DNA of 64,000 bases. It comes from Cyanobacteria bacterium P01_A01_bin.123 (GTDB lineage: Bacteria; Cyanobacteriota; Cyanobacteriia; Phormidesmidales; Phormidesmidaceae). The notes below the pieces were generated by a model, which saw only the letters and a program-made list of their open reading frames with translations, did not search any database and was not told the DNA's origin. The position numbers and the translations under genes are program-made. Position 1 is the stretch's first letter, and every line of letters starts with the position of its first letter. The stretch lies in assembly GCA_039815185.1 (NCBI GenBank), contig JBCBZT010000009.1:64001-128000 (forward strand), read 5' to 3'. Shown here in pieces: positions 9,734-19,702 of this stretch.

Positions 9734-10591
9734 TTACCCAAGAAAGCTAACCACTGCCTGATTAAACGCCTCCGGCTCAACCAAATGGGGCCAGTGATTA
9801 CCCGGAATTGAAACCGTTGTCAGATTCGTCAGATATCGCTGATAAGGCTTTAACTGCCAAGCCCTACGATTAAGGCCTTGTTCCGGCAGCATCAAACACG
9901 TAGGCGTAGACAAAGGTTCCGTCAACCCAGCGAGTCGCAACACATCTTGAAAGACCCCATTTCGAGCCGCGATCGCGAACTTACTACCCCACCGACCATC
10001 TGACTTCTGCTCCATTCCTGCTTGAAAAACCGCTGCTTGCAACGCACTCCAGCCCCGGTATTGTTTTAGGCCACGGGCCACATCCACCGCCGCCTCATAG
10101 CTTTCAAACGGCCCCATCACCTTAAGAAACGGCAGAACCCGATAAAAAATTGGTAATGTCGGTCGAAATAATTGGGGCAGTCGGTTCACAAAAAAGGGAT
10201 CCACCAATACCAAGTTGCGAATCCGCTGGGGTTGCTGCCGCGCCCAAATCAGTGCCACTTTCGTAGCCCAAGAGTGCGCCACTACATCCACCTGTTGCAG
10301 ATTGAGATATTGCGCCAATGCCTCTAAATCCGCCGCTAACAAATCGGCACTGTAGTCTGTTTCAGCGGGCTTGCTGCTCTCCCCATGGCCTCTTAAATCA
10401 GGCGCAATGCAAAGGTAAGGTGGGTGACTATCTGCTGTTGAAGCATCACTCAACGCCTCCGCCAAGCTTTGCCACACCAACCCGTGATCCGCCAATCCAT
10501 GCAACAACATCACAGGGTTTCCCGTGCCCCACGTCAGGTAAGACAGGTGTAACTCAGCCGATAGGGTTAACGTCTGACGAATTGCGTTCAT
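9734..10591 (-). CDS. Alpha/beta fold hydrolase
   Basis: LLHGLAD, APDLRGHGES, nucleophile elbow AHSWA, PGNHWPH. Start placed at MNAIRQ because the ORF-track start lies inside a REP. Confidence 0.85.
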   Translation of the reverse strand: MNAIRQTLTLSAELHLSYLTWGTGNPVMLLHGLADHGLVWQSLAEALSDASTADSHPPYLCIAPDLRGHGESSKPAETDYSADLLAADLEALAQYLNLQQVDVVAHSWATKVALIWARQQPQRIRNLVLVDPFFVNRLPQLFRPTLPIFYRVLPFLKVMGPFESYEAAVDVARGLKQYRGWSALQAAVFQAGMEQKSDGRWGSKFAIAARNGVFQDVLRLAGLTEPLSTPTCLMLPEQGLNRRAWQLKPYQRYLTNLTTVSIPGNHWPHLVEPEAFNQAVVSFLG

Positions 10592-10634
10592 CAAATAATT
10601 GTAGATGTATCCCTCGTGACTCCCAAACGTTCTC

Positions 10635-10667
10635 AGACCCCAGGGTTTTTGAAAAACCCTGGGGTCT
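10635..10667. repeat. REP palindrome copy 4
   Basis: AGACCCCAGGGTTTTT-G-AAAAACCCTGGGGTCT. The flank AACACCCC is the reverse complement of the flank of copy 2. Confidence 0.85.
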
Positions 10668-10764
10668 AACACCCCTAAACCCTACCCTCAGCATTCGACT
10701 TTCGTCGAATAGTTCAGCCGTCTCCCCTTGCCTACACTGATGGGATTCAAAACCTTGGGGCACT

Positions 10765-12702
10765 ATGGCAACTGCGATTCCCTACATTGCCCAACCCATC
10801 CTCAAAATTGATGGCAAGTCTGCGTCCGACACGCTGGTGCAAGACATTTTGCAAATCTCCGTCGAAGAGAGTTTGCATTTGCCCAGCATGTTTACCCTGG
10901 TGATTAAAAACGATCGCTTCCCCGGTCGCGATGACGACGCCGTTTGGACACACCAAAGCAGCTTTGCCATCGGTAAATCGATTGAAATTGGCTTTGTCAG
11001 CGCCGCCACCGAGTCCGACGAATTTGATGATGCCAACCAAGGCACGGTGCTGAATGGGGAAATCACCGCTATCGAAACCCACTTTACCCGCCAGTCCCAA
11101 GCACCGATTATCATTCGCGGCTACGACACCTCCCACCGCCTGCACCGGGGTCGCCAAAGCCGCTCCTTTCAAAACAAATCGGACTCCGACATTGTTAAAG
11201 AAATTGCCAAAGAGGTTGGCATCTCGACCAATACCGTGGACAGCACGGGCGGGCCATACGGCTACAACGACATCAGCGATTCTAGCGGCTACGTGTTTCA
11301 GCAAAACCAAACCAACATGGAGTTTTTGCGCCAGCTTGCCGCTCGTAATGGCTACGAGCTGTTTGTGCAAGACGACAAACTCAACTTTCGCAAACCCGCC
11401 AAAGGTGACACCCTCACCTTAGAGTGGCTAAAAGATTTGCATAGCTTTCGGGTACGGGTCAGCAGCGCCGAACAGATTAAAAGTGTGGAGGTGCGCGGTT
11501 GGGACTACAGCCAAAAGAAAGTCCTCTCCGAAACCATCAGCAGTGCCAGCAAAGTCCACACCAGCACGGACAACACCAGCACCAGCAGTGTGGTCAGCAG
11601 CCTGAAGCCCACATCGCCGTCTATGGTGGTCGTCAACCACCCGTTTGCCAAATCGACTGAGGCCAAAACCATCGCCCAGGGTCTCTATGATGAGCTTTCG
11701 GGTGAATATGTCTCCGCCGATGCTACAGCTGAGGGCAACCCCAAAATTCGCCCCGGCAAGGTGGTGAAGCTGTCAGACATGGGGAATTACAGCGGCACCT
11801 ACTACGTGACTGAAACTCGCCACCTCTTCCACGAGCGCATTTACACCACCGAATTTAGCGTGCGGGGGCTACGAGGCGGCGACTTGCTGCAAACCCTGTC
11901 TCCCCCAACCCGACTGCAACCCGGACAAACTTGCCTAGTGGGCATTGTCGCTGACAACAACGACCCTAAGGGTTGGGGGCGCGTGCGGGTGAAGTTTCCC
12001 ACCCTTACCGAAGATCACATGAGCTATTGGGCTCGGGTGGTATCGGCTGGCGCTGGCGCCAGTCGGGGGTTAGATTGTCTACCTGAAATTAACGATGAAG
12101 TCCTCGTCGCCTTTGAACATGGGGATATCCATCGCCCTTATATCGTCGGTGGCGTTTGGAACGGTAGCGATGCTCCACCGGAAAAACCTGAAAAGTCAGT
12201 CGCCGATGGGAAAGTGCGGCTGCGTACATTTAAAACCCGTACGGGGCATTCCCTGCAATTTATTGAAGAAGATAAGGACAGCAGCAAAAAAGGGGTGTAT
12301 GTTGACACCGTTTATGGCCATCAAGTTGATCTCAATGACAGCGAGAAAAAGTCGCAGATCAAAACCAAAGAAGGCCACTATATTTTGTTTGACGATAGCA
12401 ATAAAAAAATAGAAATCAAAACTAATGGCGGCCATAAAATCTTGTTAGACGAAGGCTCTAGCAAAATAGATGTAATTTCCAAAGGCAGCATAAATGTAAA
12501 ATCAGGCTCTAGCGGTAATTCTGAAAACATTGCCATTAATGGAGGAAATATTACCCTCAAGGGCAGTACTGGAATTACCCTGCAGGTGGGCAGCACATCG
12601 ATAAAGTTGACCAGCACAGGGGTCACCATTTCAGGGGCGACCATTTCGGTCAAAGCGACGGGCATTAATACCATTTCTGGCAGTATGGTCAAATTGAATT
12701 AG
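10765..12702 (+). CDS. vgrG: VgrG-related spike protein (contractile injection system type)
   Basis: gp27-like N-part (SHRLHRGR..RSFQN, QxNQTNMEFL), OB-fold DPKGWGRVRVKFP / LPEINDEVLVAFEHGD, beta-strand-rich C-terminal repeats. Confidence 0.88.
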   Translation: MATAIPYIAQPILKIDGKSASDTLVQDILQISVEESLHLPSMFTLVIKNDRFPGRDDDAVWTHQSSFAIGKSIEIGFVSAATESDEFDDANQGTVLNGEITAIETHFTRQSQAPIIIRGYDTSHRLHRGRQSRSFQNKSDSDIVKEIAKEVGISTNTVDSTGGPYGYNDISDSSGYVFQQNQTNMEFLRQLAARNGYELFVQDDKLNFRKPAKGDTLTLEWLKDLHSFRVRVSSAEQIKSVEVRGWDYSQKKVLSETISSASKVHTSTDNTSTSSVVSSLKPTSPSMVVVNHPFAKSTEAKTIAQGLYDELSGEYVSADATAEGNPKIRPGKVVKLSDMGNYSGTYYVTETRHLFHERIYTTEFSVRGLRGGDLLQTLSPPTRLQPGQTCLVGIVADNNDPKGWGRVRVKFPTLTEDHMSYWARVVSAGAGASRGLDCLPEINDEVLVAFEHGDIHRPYIVGGVWNGSDAPPEKPEKSVADGKVRLRTFKTRTGHSLQFIEEDKDSSKKGVYVDTVYGHQVDLNDSEKKSQIKTKEGHYILFDDSNKKIEIKTNGGHKILLDEGSSKIDVISKGSINVKSGSSGNSENIAINGGNITLKGSTGITLQVGSTSIKLTSTGVTISGATISVKATGINTISGSMVKLN

Positions 12703-12706
12703 TGGG

Positions 12707-12734
12707 GCAGGGACGCGATTAATCGCGTCCGTAC
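12707..12734. repeat. Second REP-like palindrome type
   Basis: Perfect 20-bp palindrome GGACGCGATT|AATCGCGTCC (12711-12730) with GCAG...GTAC flanks. Confidence 0.65.
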
Positions 12735-12759
12735 AGGGTAGATAGCAGGAGAGACAGGG

Positions 12760-13152
12760 ATGGGATTTCAGGTGGTGATGGGAGCGGTGTTGCAGTGCAG
12801 TTTTGGTTCAGCACCGACTAGTTTGATTGTGATTCCCAAGGGGCTCCCGGTGACGGCAGTAGGGCCGTTTGCAGCTACCATCATGGACTATGCCCCGATT
12901 GTGAATATTCCCACTTTTGCCATGTGCAGTTCTTTGGCGAACCCAACGGTCGCTTCGGCAACCGCAGCCGCTAGTGGGGTGTTGACACCTATGCCCTGTG
13001 TCCCTGTGATTCCGGCTCCATGGAGTCCAGGATGTTCCAAGGTGCAAATCAATAATTTCTTGGCCCTCAACGATTCGTCAAAGTGTTACTGCACGTGGGG
13101 GGGAACAATTTCGATTACCAGCCCTGGACAATATACGGTTCAAATTCCCTGA
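12760..13152 (+). CDS. DUF4280 PAAR-like spike-tip protein
   Basis: GAVLQCSFG, NIPTFAMC, PMPCVP, CYCTWGGTISITSPGQ. Confidence 0.88.
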   Translation: MGFQVVMGAVLQCSFGSAPTSLIVIPKGLPVTAVGPFAATIMDYAPIVNIPTFAMCSSLANPTVASATAAASGVLTPMPCVPVIPAPWSPGCSKVQINNFLALNDSSKCYCTWGGTISITSPGQYTVQIP

Positions 13153-13175
13153 TGCTTCAATCTGAGCAGATACAA

Positions 13176-13847
13176 TTACGGCCAAATTCTTTGCCACAAA
13201 CTTCTGAAGCATTGTGTCACTGAAGATTCTTCGCTTACAGGGGGTTCAGTATTTTCTTGCTCCACTGAGACTTTCCGCCAAGCGTCAAAACCTTCACCGT
13301 TTTTGAAGTAATAACCGTTTCTGAAGTAATAAACGTACTCATCATCTTCGTAGAACTGGCTGTAGCGATCTGAAATGTGAGTTAGCGGTAAAACCCCAGC
13401 CATATCTTGTATCGTCTTCTTTTGGATTTCCTGTGCTTTATGTAAATCCCATTTTAAGTTTTGGCTGTTGAGGTAGTTATCCTGTAGGAAAAACATCTCT
13501 GGTGATTCGTTGATTGGCCCTGATAAATCATAAATTACACAATTTTCATCGATGTAAAAGGCATCTTGGGGATTGATGTCGGCACAGTTTATAAGAATGG
13601 ATGGTGCGCCTTCCTCGTCTTCAAACAGATCAGTTTCAACGCATATTTTCCCTGGTTTAAACCAAGCTGGGCGCTCGTGAACAAGACCGAACCTGACAAG
13701 CTCAAGACCATTTCGATAAATCCTACCGCCAAATTTTCTTTGAAAATCCAACAGTTCTTCGGGATGCTGAATCCCGGCTTGTTCTAATTGTTGCTTCAAA
13801 TCTGCATAGTCAACCATAAGTCCATACCCTGCCAATTTGAGTGACAT
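13176..13847 (-). CDS. Hypothetical acidic protein, possibly SUKH-type immunity protein
   Basis: 223-aa AT-rich ORF without HIP1 sites; LLDFQRKFGG resembles the SUKH/SMI1 helix-GG turn. Confidence 0.5.
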   Translation of the reverse strand: MSLKLAGYGLMVDYADLKQQLEQAGIQHPEELLDFQRKFGGRIYRNGLELVRFGLVHERPAWFKPGKICVETDLFEDEEGAPSILINCADINPQDAFYIDENCVIYDLSGPINESPEMFFLQDNYLNSQNLKWDLHKAQEIQKKTIQDMAGVLPLTHISDRYSQFYEDDEYVYYFRNGYYFKNGEGFDAWRKVSVEQENTEPPVSEESSVTQCFRSLWQRIWP

Positions 13848-13975
13848 TGGTGGCTACCTTAGGCCTTATTTCTGATGCCTCACCTCTTATACAAACTAAC
13901 AACATTAACGACTCCCTTGACCTGGGTGGACTGCGAAGCTATGCTTGGAACTGATTGACCCGTGTCCGCTAACGT

Positions 13976-14062
13976 ATGGTGTTTGTGAATCCGCAGCGAT
14001 CGCTCCAAGTGCTCCCCGGCCTTAGCCTGGGACTGCTGCTGCTGCGCCTTGAGCGCAAATAA
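13976..14062 (+). CDS. Putative leucine leader peptide (28 aa, MVFVNPQRSLQVLPGLSLGLLLLRLERK)
   Basis: ATG at 13976, TAA at 14060-14062; four consecutive CTG codons at 14033-14044; 9 of 28 residues are Leu; lies upstream of leuA. Confidence 0.7.
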   Translation: MVFVNPQRSLQVLPGLSLGLLLLRLERK

Positions 14063-14326
14063 TTTTTCATCACACCCCGAATCTATAAAGCTTTTTGATT
14101 CCTAAATAGCCCCAAGCTGACTCCCGCCTTCGAGACGAGGAATGCCTTCAAGATGGGGATTTGTTGGGGTTTGAATACGCTACAGATTTCCCCTGCCCCC
14201 TTACCGAGGTATGGGGGTGGCGCAATCGGGGGAGCTCACCACAAATGGAACATTCCACAGGGATGAGGCGCCTCTCGTCCCTACAAAAATTCGTCGCCAA
14301 TCTACCCTCAATTATTAAACCGAACC

Positions 14327-16039
14327 ATGTTGAAAAATCCTGCCACTCGCTACCGTCCCTTCGCTCCGGTTGATTTGAGCGATCGCACCTGGCCCAACCA
14401 AACCATCGACCATCCCCCGATCTGGCTGAGTACCGACCTGCGTGACGGTAACCAAGCCTTGATTGAACCGATGAACCGCGATCGCAAGCTGCGCCTCTTC
14501 CAACTTTTGATTGACATTGGCTTCAAGGAAATTGAGGTAGCCTTTCCCTCCGCCTCTCAAACCGATTTTGATTTTGTCCGTACGTTGATCGAGCAAGACC
14601 TGATTCCCGATGACGTTACCATTCAGGTGTTGACCCAAGCCCGCGATCATCTGATTCGCCGGACGTTTGAAGCCCTACACGGAGCAAAGCGAGCGATCGT
14701 GCATGTGTACAACGCCACGGCTCCTGTATTTCGGCGGACGGTCTTCAATCGCGATCGCGCCGCTACTGTTCAACTTGCCGTAGATGCAGCCACTTTGATC
14801 AAAACCTTGGCTGCTCAGCAGCCAGAGACCGATTGGCGGTTTCAATATTCCCCTGAAACCTTTACGGCGACGGAGCTAGATTTTGCCAAAACCATCTGTG
14901 ACGCGGTGTTGGATGTGTGGCAACCCACCCCTGACCATAAAGCCATCATCAACCTACCCGCCACGGTAGAAGTCTCTACCCCCAATATCTTTGCCGATCA
15001 GGTGGAGTGGATACACCGCCATCTCGCCCGCCGCGACAGCGTCGTGCTGAGCGTCCACAACCACAACGATCGCGGGTCAGGCGTTGCCGCTGCTGAGTTG
15101 GGTCAACTGGCGGGGGCAGATCGGGTGGAAGGTTGCCTGTTTGGTCACGGTGAACGCACAGGCAACGTGGACATCGTCACCCTGGCATTGAACCTCTACA
15201 CCCAGGGGATTCACCCCGGTTTGGATTTTTCTGACATTAATGAAGTGGCCCGCATTGTTGAAGACTGTACTCAATTGCCCATTCATCCCCGTCACCCCTA
15301 TGTTGGTGATTTGGTGTTTACGGCATTCTCCGGGTCTCACCAAGATGCGATCAAGAAAGGCTTAGCCGCGCAGTCTGCCAATGGACTTTGGGAAGTCCCC
15401 TATTTGCCCATCGATCCGGCTGATGTGGGGCGCACCTATGAGTCAGTGATTCGGGTTAACAGCCAGTCGGGTAAAGGCGGAATTGCTTATCTCCTAGAGC
15501 GTGACTTTGGCTTGAGTTTACCCCGACGGTTGCAGATTGAATTTAGCCATGTGGTGCAGCGAGAACTCGATGCCCACGGCAAAGAGATGAACGGTGATGC
15601 ACTCTATAGCCTGTTTGATCGAGAATATGTACAGGCTAAGGAACCCTTTGCATACCTGAGTTATCAGTGGGATGCAGACAAAGGCTTGCTCGTTCTCAAT
15701 CTCCAACTCAACGGCCAACCTTGCCGCCTTTCTAGCCAAGGCCCAACGCCCGTGGCTGCATTACTCACCGCGTTGAATCTAGGGATTCGTATCCACCATC
15801 AATCCAATCAGCTTGTGGTTACTCGTGGGGGGGAACAACCTGATGCGATCGCTTACATTGAATTAGCGATCGACGGCTTCCACGGCACCCACTATGGCGT
15901 TGGCATCCACCCCGATGGCACTATTGCTGAATTACTAGCCGTGTTGAGCAGTCTCAACCGCGCCCTCCGCCGTGTCGATGCGGAAGCCCAAGCTAAGCTG
16001 CTAAAGCAGGGATTGTCTGACCGCCATTTGGTCTACTAA
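14327..16039 (+). CDS. leuA: 2-isopropylmalate synthase (yeast/proteobacterial type)
   Basis: [58 protein letters not shown]. Confidence 0.95.
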   Translation: MLKNPATRYRPFAPVDLSDRTWPNQTIDHPPIWLSTDLRDGNQALIEPMNRDRKLRLFQLLIDIGFKEIEVAFPSASQTDFDFVRTLIEQDLIPDDVTIQVLTQARDHLIRRTFEALHGAKRAIVHVYNATAPVFRRTVFNRDRAATVQLAVDAATLIKTLAAQQPETDWRFQYSPETFTATELDFAKTICDAVLDVWQPTPDHKAIINLPATVEVSTPNIFADQVEWIHRHLARRDSVVLSVHNHNDRGSGVAAAELGQLAGADRVEGCLFGHGERTGNVDIVTLALNLYTQGIHPGLDFSDINEVARIVEDCTQLPIHPRHPYVGDLVFTAFSGSHQDAIKKGLAAQSANGLWEVPYLPIDPADVGRTYESVIRVNSQSGKGGIAYLLERDFGLSLPRRLQIEFSHVVQRELDAHGKEMNGDALYSLFDREYVQAKEPFAYLSYQWDADKGLLVLNLQLNGQPCRLSSQGPTPVAALLTALNLGIRIHHQSNQLVVTRGGEQPDAIAYIELAIDGFHGTHYGVGIHPDGTIAELLAVLSSLNRALRRVDAEAQAKLLKQGLSDRHLVY

Positions 16040-16101
16040 TCAGAGGAATGAAAAGGGGGCATCGGTGGGTTATTTCATCAGAAATACCAGGTAAGAAACG
16101 G

Positions 16102-16190
16102 GTAGATGCTCCCTTAAAAGCTCCCTAAAAATAGGCTGGCAGATACTCCCTTAAAAGCTCCCTAAAAATAGGATAGTAGGTGCTCCCTTG
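16102..16190 (+). repeat. 37-bp tandem repeat (about 2.4 copies)
   Basis: G(T/C)AGAT(G/A)CTCCCTTAAAAGCTCCCTAAAAATAGG at 16102 and 16139, partial copy at 16176. Confidence 0.8.
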
Positions 16191-16217
16191 GTCGTCTCCA
16201 TCAAACGTGTCTTTGTA

Positions 16218-16322
16218 TATAGCGCTGGCCAGATTGATTAATGCACCGAGTATCGCCAGGATGCTGAGTCCACAAGCAATCTGGCTCTCGATAGCGCACA
16301 AAGCTTTGTGGCTACCGCTATA
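16218..16322 (+). mobile_element. 105-bp MITE/REP-like structured element, copy A
   Basis: TATAGCG...CGCTATA termini and internal hairpins; inverted copy at 17606-17710. Confidence 0.7.
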
Positions 16323-16412
16323 CCTTAAGACCTGAGGAAACAACCTAAATAAAAGTACCGCGAATAGCCTCAGAAGCAGTTCAGTAATCTGTGAATTCAC
16401 ACAACCTTTACG

Positions 16413-17435
16413 CTATGGGGTGGCGTAGAACGCCGGATACACAAAGGCAAACGCGGTAGTACTGGGCATAACCGTTCCATCCAGTTCTTTGACAACCACA
16501 GTAGACAAGGACGCATCCCAGCGCGCCCGGATTGTCCGCCCAGCAAACTCAACTTCCTGGCTGCCTAACTGCTCTAGCTCTGTATGGACAAACTGATGGC
16601 TGTCTCCCGAAAATTGATTAAACGGGGTTTGACTATCTGGCTCCCACACGTAGCTCACAATCGTTTTGGGATGCAGGTCTCGCTGCGCTTGATTGCGTAC
16701 CGGAAAAATAATCTGTTCGTCGGTGTAGTAGGTGCCGTAGGGGTAGCGCTGATAGTCGCGGTTGTGCCCGGTGCGTGTTGAGAGAATCTGACTGTTGGGG
16801 TGCTGGGCTAGCCAGTCGTCTAAGGTTGTTTTCACCGCGGGTATCCTGTCTAGGGTTTGATTCACGTTGGCACCCACGACACCCGTCGCCCAAGGTTGGG
16901 CATACAATGTGTCGTCTGCCCGGTCATACATGATCAAACAGCTCTGGTAAAGCTTGCCCGACACCCCAAAGGTTGTGTTGCCCCGCTCGAAGGCCACAAT
17001 TGTGTCGCAGAGTGGGCAATAAGACACAGTTACATTGACGCCCCCGACGGTGTCATTCACAATCTCATGCCAGTCCATCACCCTAAAGGGGTAAGCTTTC
17101 GCTTCGCCATTAATCACAACGCCAATCACAACGGCGTCTCCATCAAATGGGGTCGTTTCAGCAGTATCAAACTGAGGCTCGTCGATACTCGGGATACCGT
17201 CTTTGGGCGGGCCACCATTTAGCAGTTCACTGAGATCGATCCGGGTCGCCGATTCAAGGTCAACATTCTGTTTTCGCAGATCATCCAATTCTTGGCCTTG
17301 ATCATGGAAAACTTGCGCTAACACTGCATACTGGAGCTTAAAATTATCCCACCCCCCAGCTTGGACGATGGCAGCACCCACGATAATCGCGGCGGTAGAT
17401 AGGGCACCAATGGCAACTCTTCTCACAAGCTTCAT
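16413..17435 (-). CDS. DUF3179 domain-containing protein (exported)
   Basis: GGPPKDGIPSI, AKAYP, WHEIVND, SYCPLC, FGVSGKLY. Confidence 0.85.
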   Translation of the reverse strand: MKLVRRVAIGALSTAAIIVGAAIVQAGGWDNFKLQYAVLAQVFHDQGQELDDLRKQNVDLESATRIDLSELLNGGPPKDGIPSIDEPQFDTAETTPFDGDAVVIGVVINGEAKAYPFRVMDWHEIVNDTVGGVNVTVSYCPLCDTIVAFERGNTTFGVSGKLYQSCLIMYDRADDTLYAQPWATGVVGANVNQTLDRIPAVKTTLDDWLAQHPNSQILSTRTGHNRDYQRYPYGTYYTDEQIIFPVRNQAQRDLHPKTIVSYVWEPDSQTPFNQFSGDSHQFVHTELEQLGSQEVEFAGRTIRARWDASLSTVVVKELDGTVMPSTTAFAFVYPAFYATP

Positions 17436-17605
17436 GGCCGTTTCCCCAGATGTTCAACGCTCTAGACTCGCTTGAAGCAATCTTCCTAAAAATCGAGCTT
17501 CTACACCGATGTAATTACCTTGAAGGATTAAACCGTTATCCAGGTTAGGATTCTCTGAGAAAACGCTGAAAATTCTCGGTTAGCGACAGGCAAGGCAGGG
17601 GTTAA

Positions 17606-17836
<231 letters not shown>

Positions 17837-17841
17837 CTAAT

Positions 17842-18447
17842 TTATCGTCTGCGCCCGCCAGACACTGGAATGGGTGGGCCGGCGATCGCGTTTAGATTCT
17901 GACACCGCAACACGTCGTTAAAACTCATACTCCGCCGACCTTCAATCCGGGCAACCGTTTCGATCGCGCTAGCCAAATGTTGGGCAGCTTCGGCTCGACT
18001 GTAGCCCCGTCGGGCTGCGACTTGAATCGCAGTTTCATCGGCGGTAATAGCGTCGCTGGGACCTCGGCTGTCACGCCACACGCGCGTGGCTGCGATCGCA
18101 GTTACGCCCCCGGCCATTAGCATGCCGACCGCATTGCCCTGAAAGGTTTCAAATAGGGTAGCTGCCACCCCCGCGATCGCCACCCCACGCGGCACATCAA
18201 GTTTAAACGGGTTGGTTCCTGTCACCCAGCCAATTTGCTGCAAAAACAGCAGATCCCGTTCTGGAATAGACAGCCTGCCCCACAGGTCGAAATTAATCGA
18301 AATCGGATAGGTTTGCTTCCAAGGTCGGCGAGATTCAGTAGTAATCACTTGAGGTTGAGCCTGGTTGCTGCGGATACGGGTTTTCATCCAGCCTGAAGCA
18401 GGCATCAGCTCTCGCAGCCGAGGAATTTCTTGATCGGGATTAACCAT
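17842..18447 (-). CDS. DUF3318 family cyanobacterial protein
   Basis: EIPRLRELMPASG, INFDLW, ADETAIQVAARRGY, LRCQNL. Confidence 0.75.
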   Translation of the reverse strand: MVNPDQEIPRLRELMPASGWMKTRIRSNQAQPQVITTESRRPWKQTYPISINFDLWGRLSIPERDLLFLQQIGWVTGTNPFKLDVPRGVAIAGVAATLFETFQGNAVGMLMAGGVTAIAATRVWRDSRGPSDAITADETAIQVAARRGYSRAEAAQHLASAIETVARIEGRRSMSFNDVLRCQNLNAIAGPPIPVSGGRRR

Positions 18448-18469
18448 GGCAAACAACGAACGCTCCAGC

Positions 18470-19675
18470 TCATAGCAACAGGGTAGCAGGGGAATCATCA
18501 AAAAACTTTTCAATGATCCTTTCGTAAACACTGCAAAGCTCGTGAATATGAGCGATGGGAATATGCTCACCAATCTGGTGCATCGTATTGTCTAAAGGCC
18601 CATACTCAACCGTGACGCAATGGGGCACGATAAACCGAGCATCGGTGATGCCACCGTCGGTGCTGAGGCGGGGGCGGCGGCCAGAAACCTCTTCAACAAC
18701 CCCCTGGACTAGGGCAACAAATTGATCTTCAGGATTAGTACGAAAGGCTTCACCACTCACCCGGAAGCGGATGTCGTATTCAGTGCCATATTCGTGGGCA
18801 ATGGGCTCAATTGTGTCACGGATCAACTGTTGCAGACCCGCCCCGGTTTGCTCGTCATTAAAGCGGATGTTGAAGCGCAGATTAACGTGAGCTGGAATCA
18901 CATTTTCCGCACAACTGGCGGTTTCAAATTGGGTGATTTCCAGGTTAGAGGGTTCAAACCACTCATTGCCATTATCCAGCGGTAAATTCTGCAACGCCGT
19001 TGCCATGGCCACTGCTGCCGGGACTGGATTCAGCACGTTGCGCTGATAGGCAACGTGTCCTTGTTTTCCCTTGACGGTGATAAAGGTGTTGATACTGCCC
19101 CGGCGACCAATATGCACACAATCGCCCATTTCAGACGGATTAGTCGGCTCACCAACAATGCAGGCATCTATTGTTTCGCCGCGCTGTGCCAAATATTCCA
19201 TCACGGGTTTAGTCCCATTGATGGCCTCATGTTCTTCATCGCCAGTAATGATGAAGCTGAACGATCCCTTGAGGTTATCCTGCCGTTTCGCCAGCCAAGC
19301 TGAAACAGCGGCAATAAAGCAACCGATGCCCGCTTTCATATCGACAGTGCCCCGCCCCCACAAAATACCGTCTCTAATTTCAGCTTTATAGGGATCTATA
19401 TCGCCCCAACGCTGGCGATCGCCCTCTGGGACGACATCAGTATGTCCGGCAAAAGCCAGGTTTGGGCTTGCGGTTCCTAACCTGGCGTAGAGATTATCCA
19501 CTTCATAACTGCCAGGGTGATTGTGAAATTTCAAACGCTCACAGGTGAAGCCCAGTCGTTCTAGGTGACGTTGAACAACATCCAACCCGCCTTCTCTGTC
19601 CGGTGTCACGCTTGGCCTTTGGATCAGTTCTTGTGTCAACGCAACTGGATCAAGCACACGAATTTCAACAGTCAT
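18470..19675 (-). CDS. dapE: Succinyl-diaminopimelate desuccinylase
   Basis: PSVTP, NLYAR, FAGHTDVVP, GRGTVDMK, ITGDEE, VGEPT, GRRGS, QGHVAY, FNIRFND, TDARF. Confidence 0.92.
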   Translation of the reverse strand: MTVEIRVLDPVALTQELIQRPSVTPDREGGLDVVQRHLERLGFTCERLKFHNHPGSYEVDNLYARLGTASPNLAFAGHTDVVPEGDRQRWGDIDPYKAEIRDGILWGRGTVDMKAGIGCFIAAVSAWLAKRQDNLKGSFSFIITGDEEHEAINGTKPVMEYLAQRGETIDACIVGEPTNPSEMGDCVHIGRRGSINTFITVKGKQGHVAYQRNVLNPVPAAVAMATALQNLPLDNGNEWFEPSNLEITQFETASCAENVIPAHVNLRFNIRFNDEQTGAGLQQLIRDTIEPIAHEYGTEYDIRFRVSGEAFRTNPEDQFVALVQGVVEEVSGRRPRLSTDGGITDARFIVPHCVTVEYGPLDNTMHQIGEHIPIAHIHELCSVYERIIEKFFDDSPATLLL

Positions 19676-19702
19676 GGCCAACTCTCCTGAAGGACTTTAT
19701 AT

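Noticed and set aside
16102..16190. 37-bp repeats as CRISPR direct repeats
   Set aside because: The units are directly adjacent with no spacers, and there are only about 2.4 copies.
16125..16400. 91-aa minus-strand ORF
   Set aside because: It is made of the tandem repeat and the 105-bp element, so it is probably spurious.
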